Shown: one piece after another, positions 13,317 to 23,093 of the stretch | How the letters are laid out: each line of letters starts with the position of its first letter | Numbering within the stretch: the stretch's first letter is position 1 | DNA from: Candidatus Parcubacteria bacterium | GTDB lineage: Bacteria > Patescibacteriota > Minisyncoccia > Phycocordibacterales > UBA5272 | Direction of reading: 5' to 3' | DNA length: 34,198 nt | Assembly: GCA_039798825.1 (NCBI GenBank) | Contig: JBDKFI010000002.1 | Span: 1-34,198, forward strand | Position numbers and translations under genes: made by a program | The notes under the pieces: model-generated | Seen by the model: the letters and a program-made list of their open reading frames with translations, nothing else | Databases searched by the model: none | Told to the model about the DNA's origin: nothing

Positions 13317-14892
13317 TCAGGTAATCGAGGTTTCTTGTCACGTGTCGAACGAGATAGTCTTTTGAAATACCTAGTTTTTTACTTGGATTAAAGATAGATA
13401 GTGGATCCCAGGCTTCTTTGATGCGCTTAAAAACAGCACGAGTCGATTCGTTATATACACTGTGGAGTGATGACGTCCTTTCGAGTCCGTCTCCTGAAAC
13501 GGCACTGATCCCTCCTTTGTACGAAGCAGCAACGGAAAACATCTGTTCTCGATATTCTTGAAGGTCGGTTTCGTACGACACACTCTGAATGTCAAACGAC
13601 GTACTCAGTGATATGTGTCCACTTCCTGCGTAGCCTGTGATGATATAAGGCCTACCGCTTATTGACGCTTGCGTATCGAGGTCGTGAATACAGTCAGCAT
13701 ATACATGGTTTCCTACGATGATACCTTCACAGGATGTTGCAATTGCTTGTGTGCCTTTGGTGTAGTCCTTAAAAAGAGAGTGGAGAAATGAGTTGCTCGA
13801 AAGTTTCTGAGCTTTTGTTTCATCGAGTGTGTGTACTGTTTCCAAACTATCAAGCGCCTTCGAAAGAGTGGTCAGGTTTTTTCGTAACAACTCCTCGTCG
13901 TTTCCTCGAAGTGTGACAAGCAGAAAGTAGGGCATGTTTGCAAGATCTTTCGGTAGGAGGTTTGGGTGTAAATTATCTACAAGCTTTGCATAGGTCGCAT
14001 CAAAGAGAAACAAACCTTCCGCCTGATGGTGTTTTGCAATTGAGATGGAGGATTCAAGTTTGCTAATATGTGGAATCGGTAGCAGCAGTATGTCGGAGTA
14101 TTTTTTCTTCGGGACAACACGCAAGGTGATCGAGGTGATGATTGCAAGTGTCCCTTCAGATCCAACGAGTTGGTCGATGAGCTGACGGGGTCCTATGGAG
14201 GTATTCCATAGTGAGTATCCTGTAGCATCATCGCTTTGCTCACGGCGAGAAGCTCGGAGAATAGGGGAGGCTTCTGATAGAAGTGGGAATATTGCCTGAT
14301 AGATACCAAGAAGTCTTCCGCTCGGTGTCACACCATCTTGTATATGATGTTCTTCGCCAGAGTCAACCACTACGGTGATACCTTCAATCCACTCACGAAT
14401 CGTTCCTGCGTAGAATGAGTACTGCGTTGCGCTTTTAGTGGCGACCATTCCTCCTATGGTGGCGTTTGAATCTTCATGCGCAAGTACAGGAACCTCCATT
14501 CCCCATGAGGACAGCTTCTCTCTAAGGTCATCAATACTGACGCCTGCATCCACCGTCACCGTGCTGTCCATCATATTAAGCTGCCGAATATGGGAAAAAT
14601 AACGAGTGAGGTCTATTGAAATACCTTCGCCAAGAGCGCCGCCACTTGCGGCCGTGTGTCCACCGCATACCGTAAGGGGTATTCTGTACTCTCGAGCAAA
14701 TGAAATGGCATGCTTAATGTCTGAGGCCGTTTTCGGGTAGAGTACTGCTTGTGGATATATTGCATACGGAGATCCGTCTGTTCCATGGTCTTTGAGTGCG
14801 ATCTGAGAACAATCTAAGTCTCCACGTATGACCTTTGAAAGCTCGATGAAGAGCGGGGGAACGCTCGAAAAAATATTAGAGGCCGTTAGCAT
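13306..14892 (-). CDS. FAD-binding oxidoreductase (PCMH-type FAD-linked oxidase, GlcD-like)
   Basis: YPKTASDIKHAISFAREYRIPLTVCGGHTAASGGALGEGISIDL and GGMVATKS, which are typical of the FAD_binding_4 fold. 528 aa. Confidence 0.85.
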   Translation of the reverse strand: MLTASNIFSSVPPLFIELSKVIRGDLDCSQIALKDHGTDGSPYAIYPQAVLYPKTASDIKHAISFAREYRIPLTVCGGHTAASGGALGEGISIDLTRYFSHIRQLNMMDSTVTVDAGVSIDDLREKLSSWGMEVPVLAHEDSNATIGGMVATKSATQYSFYAGTIREWIEGITVVVDSGEEHHIQDGVTPSGRLLGIYQAIFPLLSEASPILRASRREQSDDATGYSLWNTSIGPRQLIDQLVGSEGTLAIITSITLRVVPKKKYSDILLLPIPHISKLESSISIAKHHQAEGLFLFDATYAKLVDNLHPNLLPKDLANMPYFLLVTLRGNDEELLRKNLTTLSKALDSLETVHTLDETKAQKLSSNSFLHSLFKDYTKGTQAIATSCEGIIVGNHVYADCIHDLDTQASISGRPYIITGYAGSGHISLSTSFDIQSVSYETDLQEYREQMFSVAASYKGGISAVSGDGLERTSSLHSVYNESTRAVFKRIKEAWDPLSIFNPSKKLGISKDYLVRHVTRNLDYLITS

Positions 14893-15040
14893 AAATACTT
14901 TTACCGTTTTGGTAGATGAGGTAGACGATGCAGAGTGCGAACATGGTGATGCAGAGTATCATAAAGAATCTAAATAAGATCTTTGAAGATGTGTCTGATT
15001 GTGTGGTTTGTTGTGAAGAGGGTGATGTGGCTGGCTCCAT
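14876..15040 (-). CDS. Possible 54-aa single-pass membrane peptide (below the ORF-track cutoff)
   Basis: Manual translation gives MEPATSPSSQQTTQSDTSSKILFRFFMILCITMFALCIVYLIYQNGKSIYANGL. Its stop overlaps the FAD-oxidase start by 17 nt. Confidence 0.35.
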   Translation of the reverse strand: MEPATSPSSQQTTQSDTSSKILFRFFMILCITMFALCIVYLIYQNGKSIYANGL

Positions 15041-15162
15041 GATGTTTATAAGTATATCGTTAAAACACTAAAGCTATAAGTATTGTTCTGTCCACAGCAA
15101 AACTTACAGTTCGCACTGTATACTTACCTCTATAGATACTTAATTAATAATCTTTAAAGACA

Positions 15163-17184
15163 ATGAAATTTCTCGCAACATTTTTTACTAAACTGTATCA
15201 GTATGCAACAGCGTTTCTCGTAATCGGCTCACCCCTTTTCTTCGTTCCGGGAACTGCGTTCACGCCGGAAGTGACGTATTACGTGACCATGATGACGGTG
15301 ACTGCAATTGCTCTCTTGTCATACATTATCGTGGCTTTGATTACTCGTTCATGGCACAGTGTTTCTCGACTTGAATTTATCTCCTACTTTGCATTTTCGG
15401 CAGCTGTCGTGCTCTCTGTTGCATTTGCACGGGATCAGAGAACTGCACTCTTCGGTGAGGCCTTCAATCCATTCTCGGGTGCGTCACTTCTCGCGCTCCC
15501 TGTGATTGTGTACCTTGTGAGATCTCTGCCGGATGCGCTTCGTCTTAAGCTTAAGTATGTTCTTGCGATTGTTCTTGGTGTTGCGACCTTTGTCTTCATG
15601 TCGGCACTCATGCTTACCGGGACACTTATCGACACCGTAAAGCAACTTTTCCTTGGTTTTTCAGATGCAGTTTCCTTCAGTGTGTACATTGGTATCTTCG
15701 TTTTGGGTGCGTACTTCTTTTCACGAAAGGCAAAGTTCCCGACAATGTACAAGGCTCCCATCATTATTGCTGCGACAATTTTCCTCGCATGGATTGTTTC
15801 AATTGCTTCTACTGACGCCGTTCGACCAAACTTCACAAGTTCTATCTCTGTTGCGAAGAACGTCATGATGACAGACGGTGTATTTGGTATCGGTGCAGGG
15901 GATTATATGCGAGCATGGCAACTCTATCGCCCTGAAAGCGTTATCTCATCGTCATATTTCGGGTATGAGTTTAGCCAAGGCTTTAGTGCTATGACAACAC
16001 TCCTAACAACAATCGGTGTTGTTGGCGTGATTGCACTCCTTCTCCTTACGCTATCCGCACTCTTCAGTACGTGGAAAACATATAAGGAAACAAAAGAAGG
16101 GGAGGATCACGTCGTCTCTGGATTCCTTGTTCTTGTTCTTTTGTACCTCACCATCATGTCATGGGTTGTACCGCTCTCGTTTGGTATGCTTATCGTTTGG
16201 ATGGTGGTGGCAGGCCTTGGTTTTGCAAAAGCTCGCCTCTCTGAATATCACCCAAGCAAGAAGCTTTCTCTACTTCTCGTACCACTTATGGTTGTTCTTG
16301 TTGCTAATACGTATGTGCTTACGCAGAAGGTCCGAGCGTTCACAGTATTCGGCCAGGCACAGAAAGTCCTTTCGACAAACGGAGCAACAGAAGAAGTTGG
16401 AACACTTCTCGACCGCGCGTCAGCTATCTACGCATATGATGGATTTAAGCGCGCCTATGTAGAATATGTTATTGCAGCAGAGCGAGAGCTTCTCGCGAAG
16501 ACATCAGATAACAAGGATGCGCTTCAAGCAGAGTACGCAACCAAAGCACAAGCCGCTGTGGATGCTGCGCGAGCGGCGACGGCTATCAATGGTGGAAACT
16601 ATCAGAACTACGTAACGCTTGGTCGTTCGTACGAACTCGCACTTCCTTTTGATAAGGAAAATGCATACAAGAATGCAAAGAGCTCATACGAAGAGGCGGT
16701 CAAGCTGTATCCGAATAACCCATACCTCTACATCATGCTTGCTCGTCTTGAGGCGTCAGCAGGAACCAAAGAGGGCGTTCGAACACAACTTACAGAAGCT
16801 CTCAAGAAGAAACAAAACTTCGCAGATGCTCTTTACCTCATGAGTCAGCTAGAGGCATCGGAGCAAAAGATACAGGAAGCTATCAACTATGCTGTTGAGG
16901 CAATTAAAAGCGCACCAGAGGATCCTCTCGTATACACACAAGCAGGCCTTCTCTTTTACGGAGCAAAGGACTACGAAAACGCCGTACTTGCGCTTAACAC
17001 CGCTCTTGAAAAAGACCCAAACAATGCAAATATTGCATACTTCCTAGCACTTTCTCTTCGCGATGGTGGACGTCCTGATCTTGCAAAGCAAATAGCTGAC
17101 GAACTTCTTAAGGCAAATCCCGATAACGCTGAACTAAAGGCATTTATCAGTTCGCTTGATCAGAAAGTTCCTGCTAAAAAATAA
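15163..17184 (+). CDS. Polytopic membrane protein with C-terminal TPR repeats (architecture like O-antigen-ligase/glycosyltransferase-TPR fusions)
   Basis: The N-terminal ~390 aa have at least 10 hydrophobic helices. The C-terminal ~200 aa have TPR-like repeats (AKSSYEEAVKLYPNNPY, ENAVLALNTALEKDPNNANI, LLKANPDNAE). Confidence 0.75.
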   Translation: MKFLATFFTKLYQYATAFLVIGSPLFFVPGTAFTPEVTYYVTMMTVTAIALLSYIIVALITRSWHSVSRLEFISYFAFSAAVVLSVAFARDQRTALFGEAFNPFSGASLLALPVIVYLVRSLPDALRLKLKYVLAIVLGVATFVFMSALMLTGTLIDTVKQLFLGFSDAVSFSVYIGIFVLGAYFFSRKAKFPTMYKAPIIIAATIFLAWIVSIASTDAVRPNFTSSISVAKNVMMTDGVFGIGAGDYMRAWQLYRPESVISSSYFGYEFSQGFSAMTTLLTTIGVVGVIALLLLTLSALFSTWKTYKETKEGEDHVVSGFLVLVLLYLTIMSWVVPLSFGMLIVWMVVAGLGFAKARLSEYHPSKKLSLLLVPLMVVLVANTYVLTQKVRAFTVFGQAQKVLSTNGATEEVGTLLDRASAIYAYDGFKRAYVEYVIAAERELLAKTSDNKDALQAEYATKAQAAVDAARAATAINGGNYQNYVTLGRSYELALPFDKENAYKNAKSSYEEAVKLYPNNPYLYIMLARLEASAGTKEGVRTQLTEALKKKQNFADALYLMSQLEASEQKIQEAINYAVEAIKSAPEDPLVYTQAGLLFYGAKDYENAVLALNTALEKDPNNANIAYFLALSLRDGGRPDLAKQIADELLKANPDNAELKAFISSLDQKVPAKK

Positions 17185-17897
17185 TGACACTGCATGAAGT
17201 AGAAGAAACATTGGATACACTTATCAAGCGCCACACAGGGCTTGATGAGAGTGCTCTTGTAACACTACTTCGTGCTGGAGGATGGGAAGAGAAGGACATT
17301 CGAGAGGCGTTGGTATTGTTTCGTCTTCATGTCCCACAAATAGAAGAAGCACTCCCAACTGTAGAAGAAGAACGTCTTTTGCCTGCAAATGTTCCACGAG
17401 ACCACTTACTTGCGGAGGGGGAACCAAATCTACAACCTCGTGTGGAAGCAACGGAAACAAGAGAGGTTGAGTCGCTACGGACAAGTAACGAAACTGGAGC
17501 AAAGGAGGAGTTTCCTCACAATCTACCTCTTCGTCCATTTGAGACATCAGAGCATGTGTGGCCATTCTCACGCTATAAAGATGTGTTTTATGGTGACGAT
17601 GATGTTGTGGAGGAAAAGGTGCCCACACCAACACCAACCCCGGCTGTTCAGGCGGTGGAGAGACCCGCTTTTCATGAGGTGGAGGCTGTTTCACCACACG
17701 TGACATCAGAACCACCTGTAGAGCAAGATGTATATACTCGAGAACCTCAAGCACCACGAGAGCTCGCTGTGAATGAAAGCATCACGCGCACCTATGTGCC
17801 ATCGAAAGGAGATGAGCGACTCATCATACTCGCATCATCAATGCTTCTTTTCATCTTGCTTCTTCTTGGATATCTGTATGGCAATGGACGTTTGTGA
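17184..17897 (+). CDS. Hypothetical acidic/Pro-rich protein with a C-terminal TM anchor
   Basis: TAATG overlap with the upstream gene, a PTPTPTP linker, and a C-terminal LIILASSMLLFILLLLGYLYG. Confidence 0.55.
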   Translation: MTLHEVEETLDTLIKRHTGLDESALVTLLRAGGWEEKDIREALVLFRLHVPQIEEALPTVEEERLLPANVPRDHLLAEGEPNLQPRVEATETREVESLRTSNETGAKEEFPHNLPLRPFETSEHVWPFSRYKDVFYGDDDVVEEKVPTPTPTPAVQAVERPAFHEVEAVSPHVTSEPPVEQDVYTREPQAPRELAVNESITRTYVPSKGDERLIILASSMLLFILLLLGYLYGNGRL

Positions 17898-17962
17898 CCT
17901 TGTCACATATCGGGCACGTTGTCTGTTATTAAGGGTACTAGCAAACAAATACGCATTACACT

Positions 17963-18751
17963 ATGGAACCAACAGTTGATTACAAAAAATATACATGGAT
18001 TATTGGAACACTCGCTCTTGTGGGCATTTTCTTTGCCTCAATTGCCTTTGGTATTTCTGAATTAAAGACGTCTGCTCATCCAAATGGTCAGCAGGCGACA
18101 GTTTCTGTTTCGGGAGATGGTGAAGTAACAGCGGTTCCAGATATTGCAACTCTTACGGTCACTATCCGTGAATCAGCAAAAACGGTCGCAGAAGCTCAAG
18201 AACTTGTGGAAACAAAAACAAAAGCAGCGATTAACGCGCTTGCCAATCTCGGCGTTGAAGAAAAGGATAGGAAGACTACATACTACAATGTGAGCCCAAT
18301 GTATGAACAAACTGGAGTGATTCCAACGACGTACCCAACACCAAGAACTCCCAAGATTATTGGATACGAAGTTTCTCAGTCATTTGAAATCAAGGTGAGA
18401 AAGATTGATACGGCAGGGGACGTGTTCGGAGCGCTCGGTGCCGCTAATATCTCAGAGATATCTGGTCCTTCATATACGATCGACGACCCTGAAGCGCTTC
18501 AGGCACAAGCAAAAGAAAAAGCTATCGCTGAAGCACAAAAGAAAGCAAAGGAAACAGCAAAGGCTCTCGGTATGAGTCTTGGAGAGATTATTGGATACTC
18601 CGAAGATCAAGGTGGTTACTACCCAATGTATGCTCGTGATACGATGTCCGCTCAGTATGCAAAAGGTGGAGCTCTTGGTCCTGAAGTAACGCTCCCAGCA
18701 GGTGAAAACAAAGTAACCTCTCGAGTAACTATCGTCTACCTTCTTAAATAA
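17963..18751 (+). CDS. SIMPL/DUF541-domain protein with an N-terminal TM segment
   Basis: VSVSGDGEVTAVPDIATLTVTI...AKEKAIAEAQKKAKETAKALGMSLGEIIGYSE is the typical SIMPL pattern. Confidence 0.8.
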   Translation: MEPTVDYKKYTWIIGTLALVGIFFASIAFGISELKTSAHPNGQQATVSVSGDGEVTAVPDIATLTVTIRESAKTVAEAQELVETKTKAAINALANLGVEEKDRKTTYYNVSPMYEQTGVIPTTYPTPRTPKIIGYEVSQSFEIKVRKIDTAGDVFGALGAANISEISGPSYTIDDPEALQAQAKEKAIAEAQKKAKETAKALGMSLGEIIGYSEDQGGYYPMYARDTMSAQYAKGGALGPEVTLPAGENKVTSRVTIVYLLK

Positions 18752-18761
18752 GGTGTGATAG

Positions 18762-18800
18762 CAAAAATACAAACGTCCAACAGGGCGTTTGTATTTTTTT
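18762..18800 (+). terminator. Intrinsic terminator after the SIMPL gene
   Basis: caaaaATACAAACGtccaacagggCGTTTGTATttttttt. Confidence 0.75.
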
Positions 18801-18895
18801 GTGGTTATAGACAAGGCGGTAACAGAAGAGTCTCTCTATCAAATGAGCGTAGAACCTCGCCGCCGGAAACCCACAACTGATGGGGTTTTATGTAA

Positions 18896-18924
18896 TTGAC
18901 AAGAGGCGGTTCATTTGATATAAT
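18896..18924 (+). promoter_or_regulatory. Consensus sigma70-type promoter upstream of secE-nusG
   Basis: TTGACA (18896-18901), a 17-nt spacer, then TATAAT (18919-18924). Confidence 0.7.
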
Positions 18925-18981
18925 GGATGTATTCAAATGCCCGTCGGGGGCGTTTTTTAGAATAAGGCTAGTACCACCACT

Positions 18982-19164
18982 ATGAATCTTCTCAACTATT
19001 TTAAAGAAACAAAAGCAGAACTTAAGGAAGTTGTGTTCCCAACACTCGCACAAACGATCACCTTTACGGTGGCGGTTATCACTCTCTCTCTTCTTGTGGC
19101 GGTTGGACTTGGTGCAATAGATATTGGTCTCAAAGAAGGACTTGTTAAACTTCTCGCTCGCTAG
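18982..19164 (+). CDS. secE: Preprotein translocase subunit SecE
   Basis: 60 aa: FKETKAELKEVVFPT followed by a single TM helix. It lies immediately upstream of nusG. Confidence 0.85.
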   Translation: MNLLNYFKETKAELKEVVFPTLAQTITFTVAVITLSLLVAVGLGAIDIGLKEGLVKLLAR

Positions 19165-19207
19165 TGAATGTGAACTATTTATCGTCTAACATTTAAAAAC
19201 TATTTCT

Positions 19208-19753
19208 ATGGCTAAACAAGAATTTACAGGAGAGCGACACTGGTATGCAATTCATACCTACAGCGGATATGAAAACGCCGTGCAACGAAACTTGAAGCAA
19301 CGTATTGAATCACTCGGCATGGAAAACAAAATTTTCGCCGTTGTTGTTCCGCTTGAAAAGAAGATTAAGGTGAAAGGCACAAAGCGTGTGGAAGTAGAAG
19401 AGAAGATTTACCCAGGATATGTCCTCGTGGATATGATTGTGGACGATAATAGTTGGTATGTCGTTCGAAATACTCCTCGAGTAACAGGCTTCGTGGGAGC
19501 AGGGACAACTCCAGTGCCGCTTTCACAACAGGAAATCGATTTCCTCTTCTCTCGTATGAACACAGGGGAGGTAGAGCATGATATCAGTATGGATGTTGGT
19601 GAACTTGTCTCCATCACTGATGGTCCGTTTAAGGATTTTGAAGGCAAGGTATCTGAAGTAGATAAGGCACGAGGAAAGCTTAAGGTGCTTGTGAATATGT
19701 TTGGTCGCGAGACCCCGGTTGAGCTCGACTTCCTTCAGGTGAAGAAAGTGTAA
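19208..19753 (+). CDS. nusG: Transcription termination/antitermination factor NusG
   Basis: HWYAIHTYSGYENAV (NGN domain) and a C-terminal KOW (GDLVSITDGPFKDFEGKVSEVD...LKVLVNMFGRETPVEL). Confidence 0.95.
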   Translation: MAKQEFTGERHWYAIHTYSGYENAVQRNLKQRIESLGMENKIFAVVVPLEKKIKVKGTKRVEVEEKIYPGYVLVDMIVDDNSWYVVRNTPRVTGFVGAGTTPVPLSQQEIDFLFSRMNTGEVEHDISMDVGELVSITDGPFKDFEGKVSEVDKARGKLKVLVNMFGRETPVELDFLQVKKV

Positions 19754-19888
19754 CGACAACTATATACGTAACAAGGCTTACGTTGTAAGGCGTTGTACGT
19801 AAAAAGTGAAATTTAATCATTAAACAGTACGTTTACCAGAGCTATTGATAATCATCAAGAAACCTGGTAAAATAGGCAAACTTTAATT

Positions 19889-20299
19889 ATGGCAAAGAAA
19901 ATTACAAAATACGTAAAGGTACAGATCGAAGCGGGTAAAGCTACTCCTGCACCTCCACTTGGTCCTGCCCTTGGACAGGCGGGTGTTCAGATCGGTGACT
20001 TCGTAAACAAGTTTAACGCAGCGACACAAGGAATGCAGGGTCGTATGTCGGTAAAGATTTATGTATACGAAGACCGTACGTATGATTTTGTCATCAAAAC
20101 TCCAACAGCCACATCACTTGTGATGAAGGCTGCAAACGTTGCAAAGGGTAACTCAAAAGGAAACGCCGGAACCATCTCATCTGACAAGGTTCGCGAGATT
20201 GCGGAACTTAAGTTGAAGGATCTCACTGCTCACACTGTAGAACAGGCCATGAAGATTATCGAAGGAACAGCTCGTTCAATCGGTATCAAGGTGAAGTAG
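19889..20299 (+). CDS. rplK: 50S ribosomal protein L11
   Basis: VKVQIEAGKATPAPPLGPALGQAGVQIGDFVNKFN is the canonical uL11 motif. Confidence 0.95.
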   Translation: MAKKITKYVKVQIEAGKATPAPPLGPALGQAGVQIGDFVNKFNAATQGMQGRMSVKIYVYEDRTYDFVIKTPTATSLVMKAANVAKGNSKGNAGTISSDKVREIAELKLKDLTAHTVEQAMKIIEGTARSIGIKVK

Positions 20300-20342
20300 T
20301 TGCCGACAATTCTCCACTACGTACGTAGCGAGAATGACAACT

Positions 20343-20380
20343 ACAAACAAAACCACCCGAGATTGGGTGGTTTTGTTTTG
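20343..20380 (+). terminator. Intrinsic terminator directly after rplK
   Basis: acaaacaaaaCCACCCgagattGGGTGGttttgttttg. Confidence 0.75.
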
Positions 20381-20399
20381 TGGAGAGGTTTCTGATAGT

Positions 20400-21518
20400 A
20401 TGGTGGCTATGAACACACGAGAAGTCGGAGCCCTTCCATCTCAAAAATTGATGGAATACATTGCGCAAGGCGCTTTCAAGAACGTCAAGGAATCCCAAGT
20501 CAGTCCGGCGTCGATCGATGTGACTGTCTCTGGTGAATGGTATCGAGTGGATGGGGTGTTTCTTCCAAAGACCGACGAAACCATTCCATCACTCATTGAG
20601 CGCATGAATGGACATCGTCACGCAGTACAAGAGCCACTCGAGCGAGGGGTTGTGTATGTTGCTCGTTTGAATGAAACCTTTTCTCTTCCTGCTGATTTGT
20701 ACGCGTACTGCAATCCAAAGTCTTCTACTGGTCGTCATGACATTCATGTTCGTATTGTTCGCGACGGAACTGCGCGATATGATACGCTCCCTGCGGGGTC
20801 ATCTGGTGATTTGTGGGCGATCATTGTTCCTCGGTCGTACCCAGTACTTCTTCATCCTGGATTTGCCATCAGCCAAGTGCGTTTCTTTAATCAAGATACA
20901 CGGTTTACCGAATCAGACCTCGACATTGAGTGGCGCAGAAAGTCTCTCGCATATCACCTCACAGGTGAAGCGTATTCATATGAAAGTTTTCGTATGAAAG
21001 ATACTGACGGATCGATGCTCCTCACACTTGATCTTTCTCAAGATATTGTTGGGTATGAGTGTCGAGGGTCAAACAAGGTGATTGATCTTGGTTCACCAAA
21101 TGGTTCGATTGACCCGTCTACCCATTTTTATCCTATTAGAAAAACAGGAGACAGTATTCTGCTTCGCAAAGATAGCTTTTATATTCTTTCAACCAAAGAA
21201 GCGCTTCTTGTTCCTCCGCATCTCGCAAGTGAGATGGTAGATATGGATTCACGAACGGGAGAGTTCAGAACTCATTACGCAGGATTCTTTGATCCAGGGT
21301 GGGGGCATGGTAAAGATGGCGAAGGACGTGGTCGCCCGATCACGCTTGAGGTGCGAACGTTTGAAGATGTAGTGGTCACTCACGGGCAGCCTATCGGAAA
21401 AGTTCGTTTTGAAAAAATGTCTGAAATCCCAAATGTTCATTACGATCAGAAAAATTCAAACTACCTCACTCAGTCTGGTCCAAAACTTGCGAAGCAGTTT
21501 AAGGCTTTTGAAAACTAA
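20400..21518 (+). CDS. dcd: 2'-deoxycytidine 5'-triphosphate deaminase, long (about 370 aa) DCD type
   Basis: LPSQKLMEYIAQGAF...ASIDVTVSGEWYRV...CNPKSSTGRHDIHVRI resembles the long DCD family. Start moved downstream of the rplK terminator, and GGAGAGG lies 10 nt upstream. Confidence 0.75.
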   Translation: MVAMNTREVGALPSQKLMEYIAQGAFKNVKESQVSPASIDVTVSGEWYRVDGVFLPKTDETIPSLIERMNGHRHAVQEPLERGVVYVARLNETFSLPADLYAYCNPKSSTGRHDIHVRIVRDGTARYDTLPAGSSGDLWAIIVPRSYPVLLHPGFAISQVRFFNQDTRFTESDLDIEWRRKSLAYHLTGEAYSYESFRMKDTDGSMLLTLDLSQDIVGYECRGSNKVIDLGSPNGSIDPSTHFYPIRKTGDSILLRKDSFYILSTKEALLVPPHLASEMVDMDSRTGEFRTHYAGFFDPGWGHGKDGEGRGRPITLEVRTFEDVVVTHGQPIGKVRFEKMSEIPNVHYDQKNSNYLTQSGPKLAKQFKAFEN

Positions 21519-22000
21519 CGAGTATACGCTGTGATGGAAAGCGGGTAGGGGGTATCATCACCTTCTGATATGGTTTCATTGTGTGTTATGTCCCACTCAT
21601 CCTTGTTGAATGAAGGGAAGAATGTATCGCCATCAAACTGTGCGTGCACGTGTGTGATGATAAGTTTGTGTGCGTACGGTAGAAACGCTTCATAGATTTG
21701 TGCACCGCCAATAACAAACACCTCTTCCTCGCTTGCTGCGTAGCGATCGAGTATATCTTGTGGGGATGTGTATACATCAGCACCTTCGTATGAGAAGTTT
21801 GGGTCCCTCGTTAGAATAATCGTTTGTCGCCCAGGGAGAAGTCTGCCAATAGAAGCAAACGTTTTTCGACCCATAATGATCGGATGACCCATGGTTACTT
21901 CTTTGAAATGACGCAGATCGCGTGGGATTTTCCACATGAGAGCATTCTCTTTCCCGATGACGTTATTATCTGCGATGGCTGCGATGATGGTAAGTGACAT
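21515..22000 (-). CDS. folA: Dihydrofolate reductase
   Basis: IIAAIADNNVIGKENALMWKIPRDLRHFKEVTMGHPIIMGRKTFASIG...VIGGAQIYE. Confidence 0.9.
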   Translation of the reverse strand: MSLTIIAAIADNNVIGKENALMWKIPRDLRHFKEVTMGHPIIMGRKTFASIGRLLPGRQTIILTRDPNFSYEGADVYTSPQDILDRYAASEEEVFVIGGAQIYEAFLPYAHKLIITHVHAQFDGDTFFPSFNKDEWDITHNETISEGDDTPYPLSITAYTR

Positions 22001-22006
22001 AGGGGC

Positions 22007-22951
22007 TTATACAGCGATAGGTGCTTTGATTGCGTCGTGCGGGTCGTAGCCCACAAGTTCAAAGTCGTCGATTGTGAAATCTTCAAGCTTCTTTTTATCA
22101 GGATTAATCTTCATCGTTGGCATTGCTCGTTTATCGTTGCGTCGTGCGAGCTGTTCATCTGCTTGTGCGAGGTGGTTATTGTAGAGGTGAACGTCGCCAC
22201 CTGTCCAGATAAATTCACCAAGTTCCAATCCCACAATCTGAGCGATGATCATCGTCAGAAGTGCATACGATGCGATATTAAAGGGAACACCAAGAAACGT
22301 ATCACAGCTGCGCTGATAGAGTTGGCATGAAAGTTTGCCGTTTGCGACATAGAACTGAAACAGACAATGGCATGGAGGAAGACCCGCTTTAGCCATTTCA
22401 CTTATGTAGGTGACGTCCCATGAGTTGACGATAATTCTGCGTGAGTTTGGATCCGTCTTTAACTGCTCAATGACATTTTGTAATTGATCGATACAAACAC
22501 CTGTTTCTGAATCTTTCCAACATCTCCACTGCTTTCCGTACACTGGTCCAAGTTCACCGTATTCTTTTGCAAACTCCGCATCGTTTTTTACTTTTTCTAC
22601 AAACTCTTTAATGCCCGCATTCCACTCATCGGTTCCTGTTTTTGGGACGGGGATAGTATTTTTTATGAGATACGCTTTGTATGGCCACTCATTCCAGATA
22701 CCGACACCGTTTTCTACAAGGTAGCGAATGTTGGTGTCGCCACGTATAAACCAAATGAGTTCGTGGATGATGGATTTCGTCGCCATCTTTTTAGTTGTCA
22801 AAAGCGGAAACCCTTCTGAGAGATCAAATCTCATCTGGTGACCGAAAATAGAAAGCGTGCCTGTGCCTGTACGGTCGCCTTTCTGTACTCCTTCTTGTTT
22901 AATTCGCTCTACTAAATCAAGGTAGATATCATCGACGTGTTTTGATTGCAT
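22007..22951 (-). CDS. thyA: Thymidylate synthase (ThyA, long form with an insert)
   Basis: [19 protein letters not shown], the catalytic [11 protein letters not shown], and [24 protein letters not shown]...[10 protein letters not shown]. Confidence 0.95.
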   Translation of the reverse strand: MQSKHVDDIYLDLVERIKQEGVQKGDRTGTGTLSIFGHQMRFDLSEGFPLLTTKKMATKSIIHELIWFIRGDTNIRYLVENGVGIWNEWPYKAYLIKNTIPVPKTGTDEWNAGIKEFVEKVKNDAEFAKEYGELGPVYGKQWRCWKDSETGVCIDQLQNVIEQLKTDPNSRRIIVNSWDVTYISEMAKAGLPPCHCLFQFYVANGKLSCQLYQRSCDTFLGVPFNIASYALLTMIIAQIVGLELGEFIWTGGDVHLYNNHLAQADEQLARRNDKRAMPTMKINPDKKKLEDFTIDDFELVGYDPHDAIKAPIAV

Positions 22952-23093
22952 ATAGAGTACAGTATAGCTTCTTGTGCGTGTTCGTCGATACCGTGTACAG
23001 AAGAAAAAGATGTGGTATCGTAACGTTTTCCAAATGAATGCGACGTGATACGCTTACTGTATAGTAGCCAGCACCAAATAATCACCAAGCCGC

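Noticed and set aside
17224-17757. Minus-strand 177-aa ORF and other long antisense ORFs (23987..24604, 28160..28594, 15435..15866)
   Set aside because: Each lies fully inside and opposite a confidently identified gene: the 237-aa protein, glyA/tmk, ileS and the TPR membrane protein. Their composition is not protein-like.
19754-19888. Possible ribosomal-protein leader structure between nusG and rplK
   Set aside because: Only short, weak hairpins are visible (tacgtaacaagg...cgttgtacgta). I cannot match it to the L11/L1 leader by eye. If L1 is absent from the genome, the classical L1-binding leader would not be expected.
20334-20399. ORF-track start of dcd at 20334
   Set aside because: It overlaps the rplK terminator hairpin. 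An internal ATG at 20400 has a GGAGAGG 10 nt upstream.
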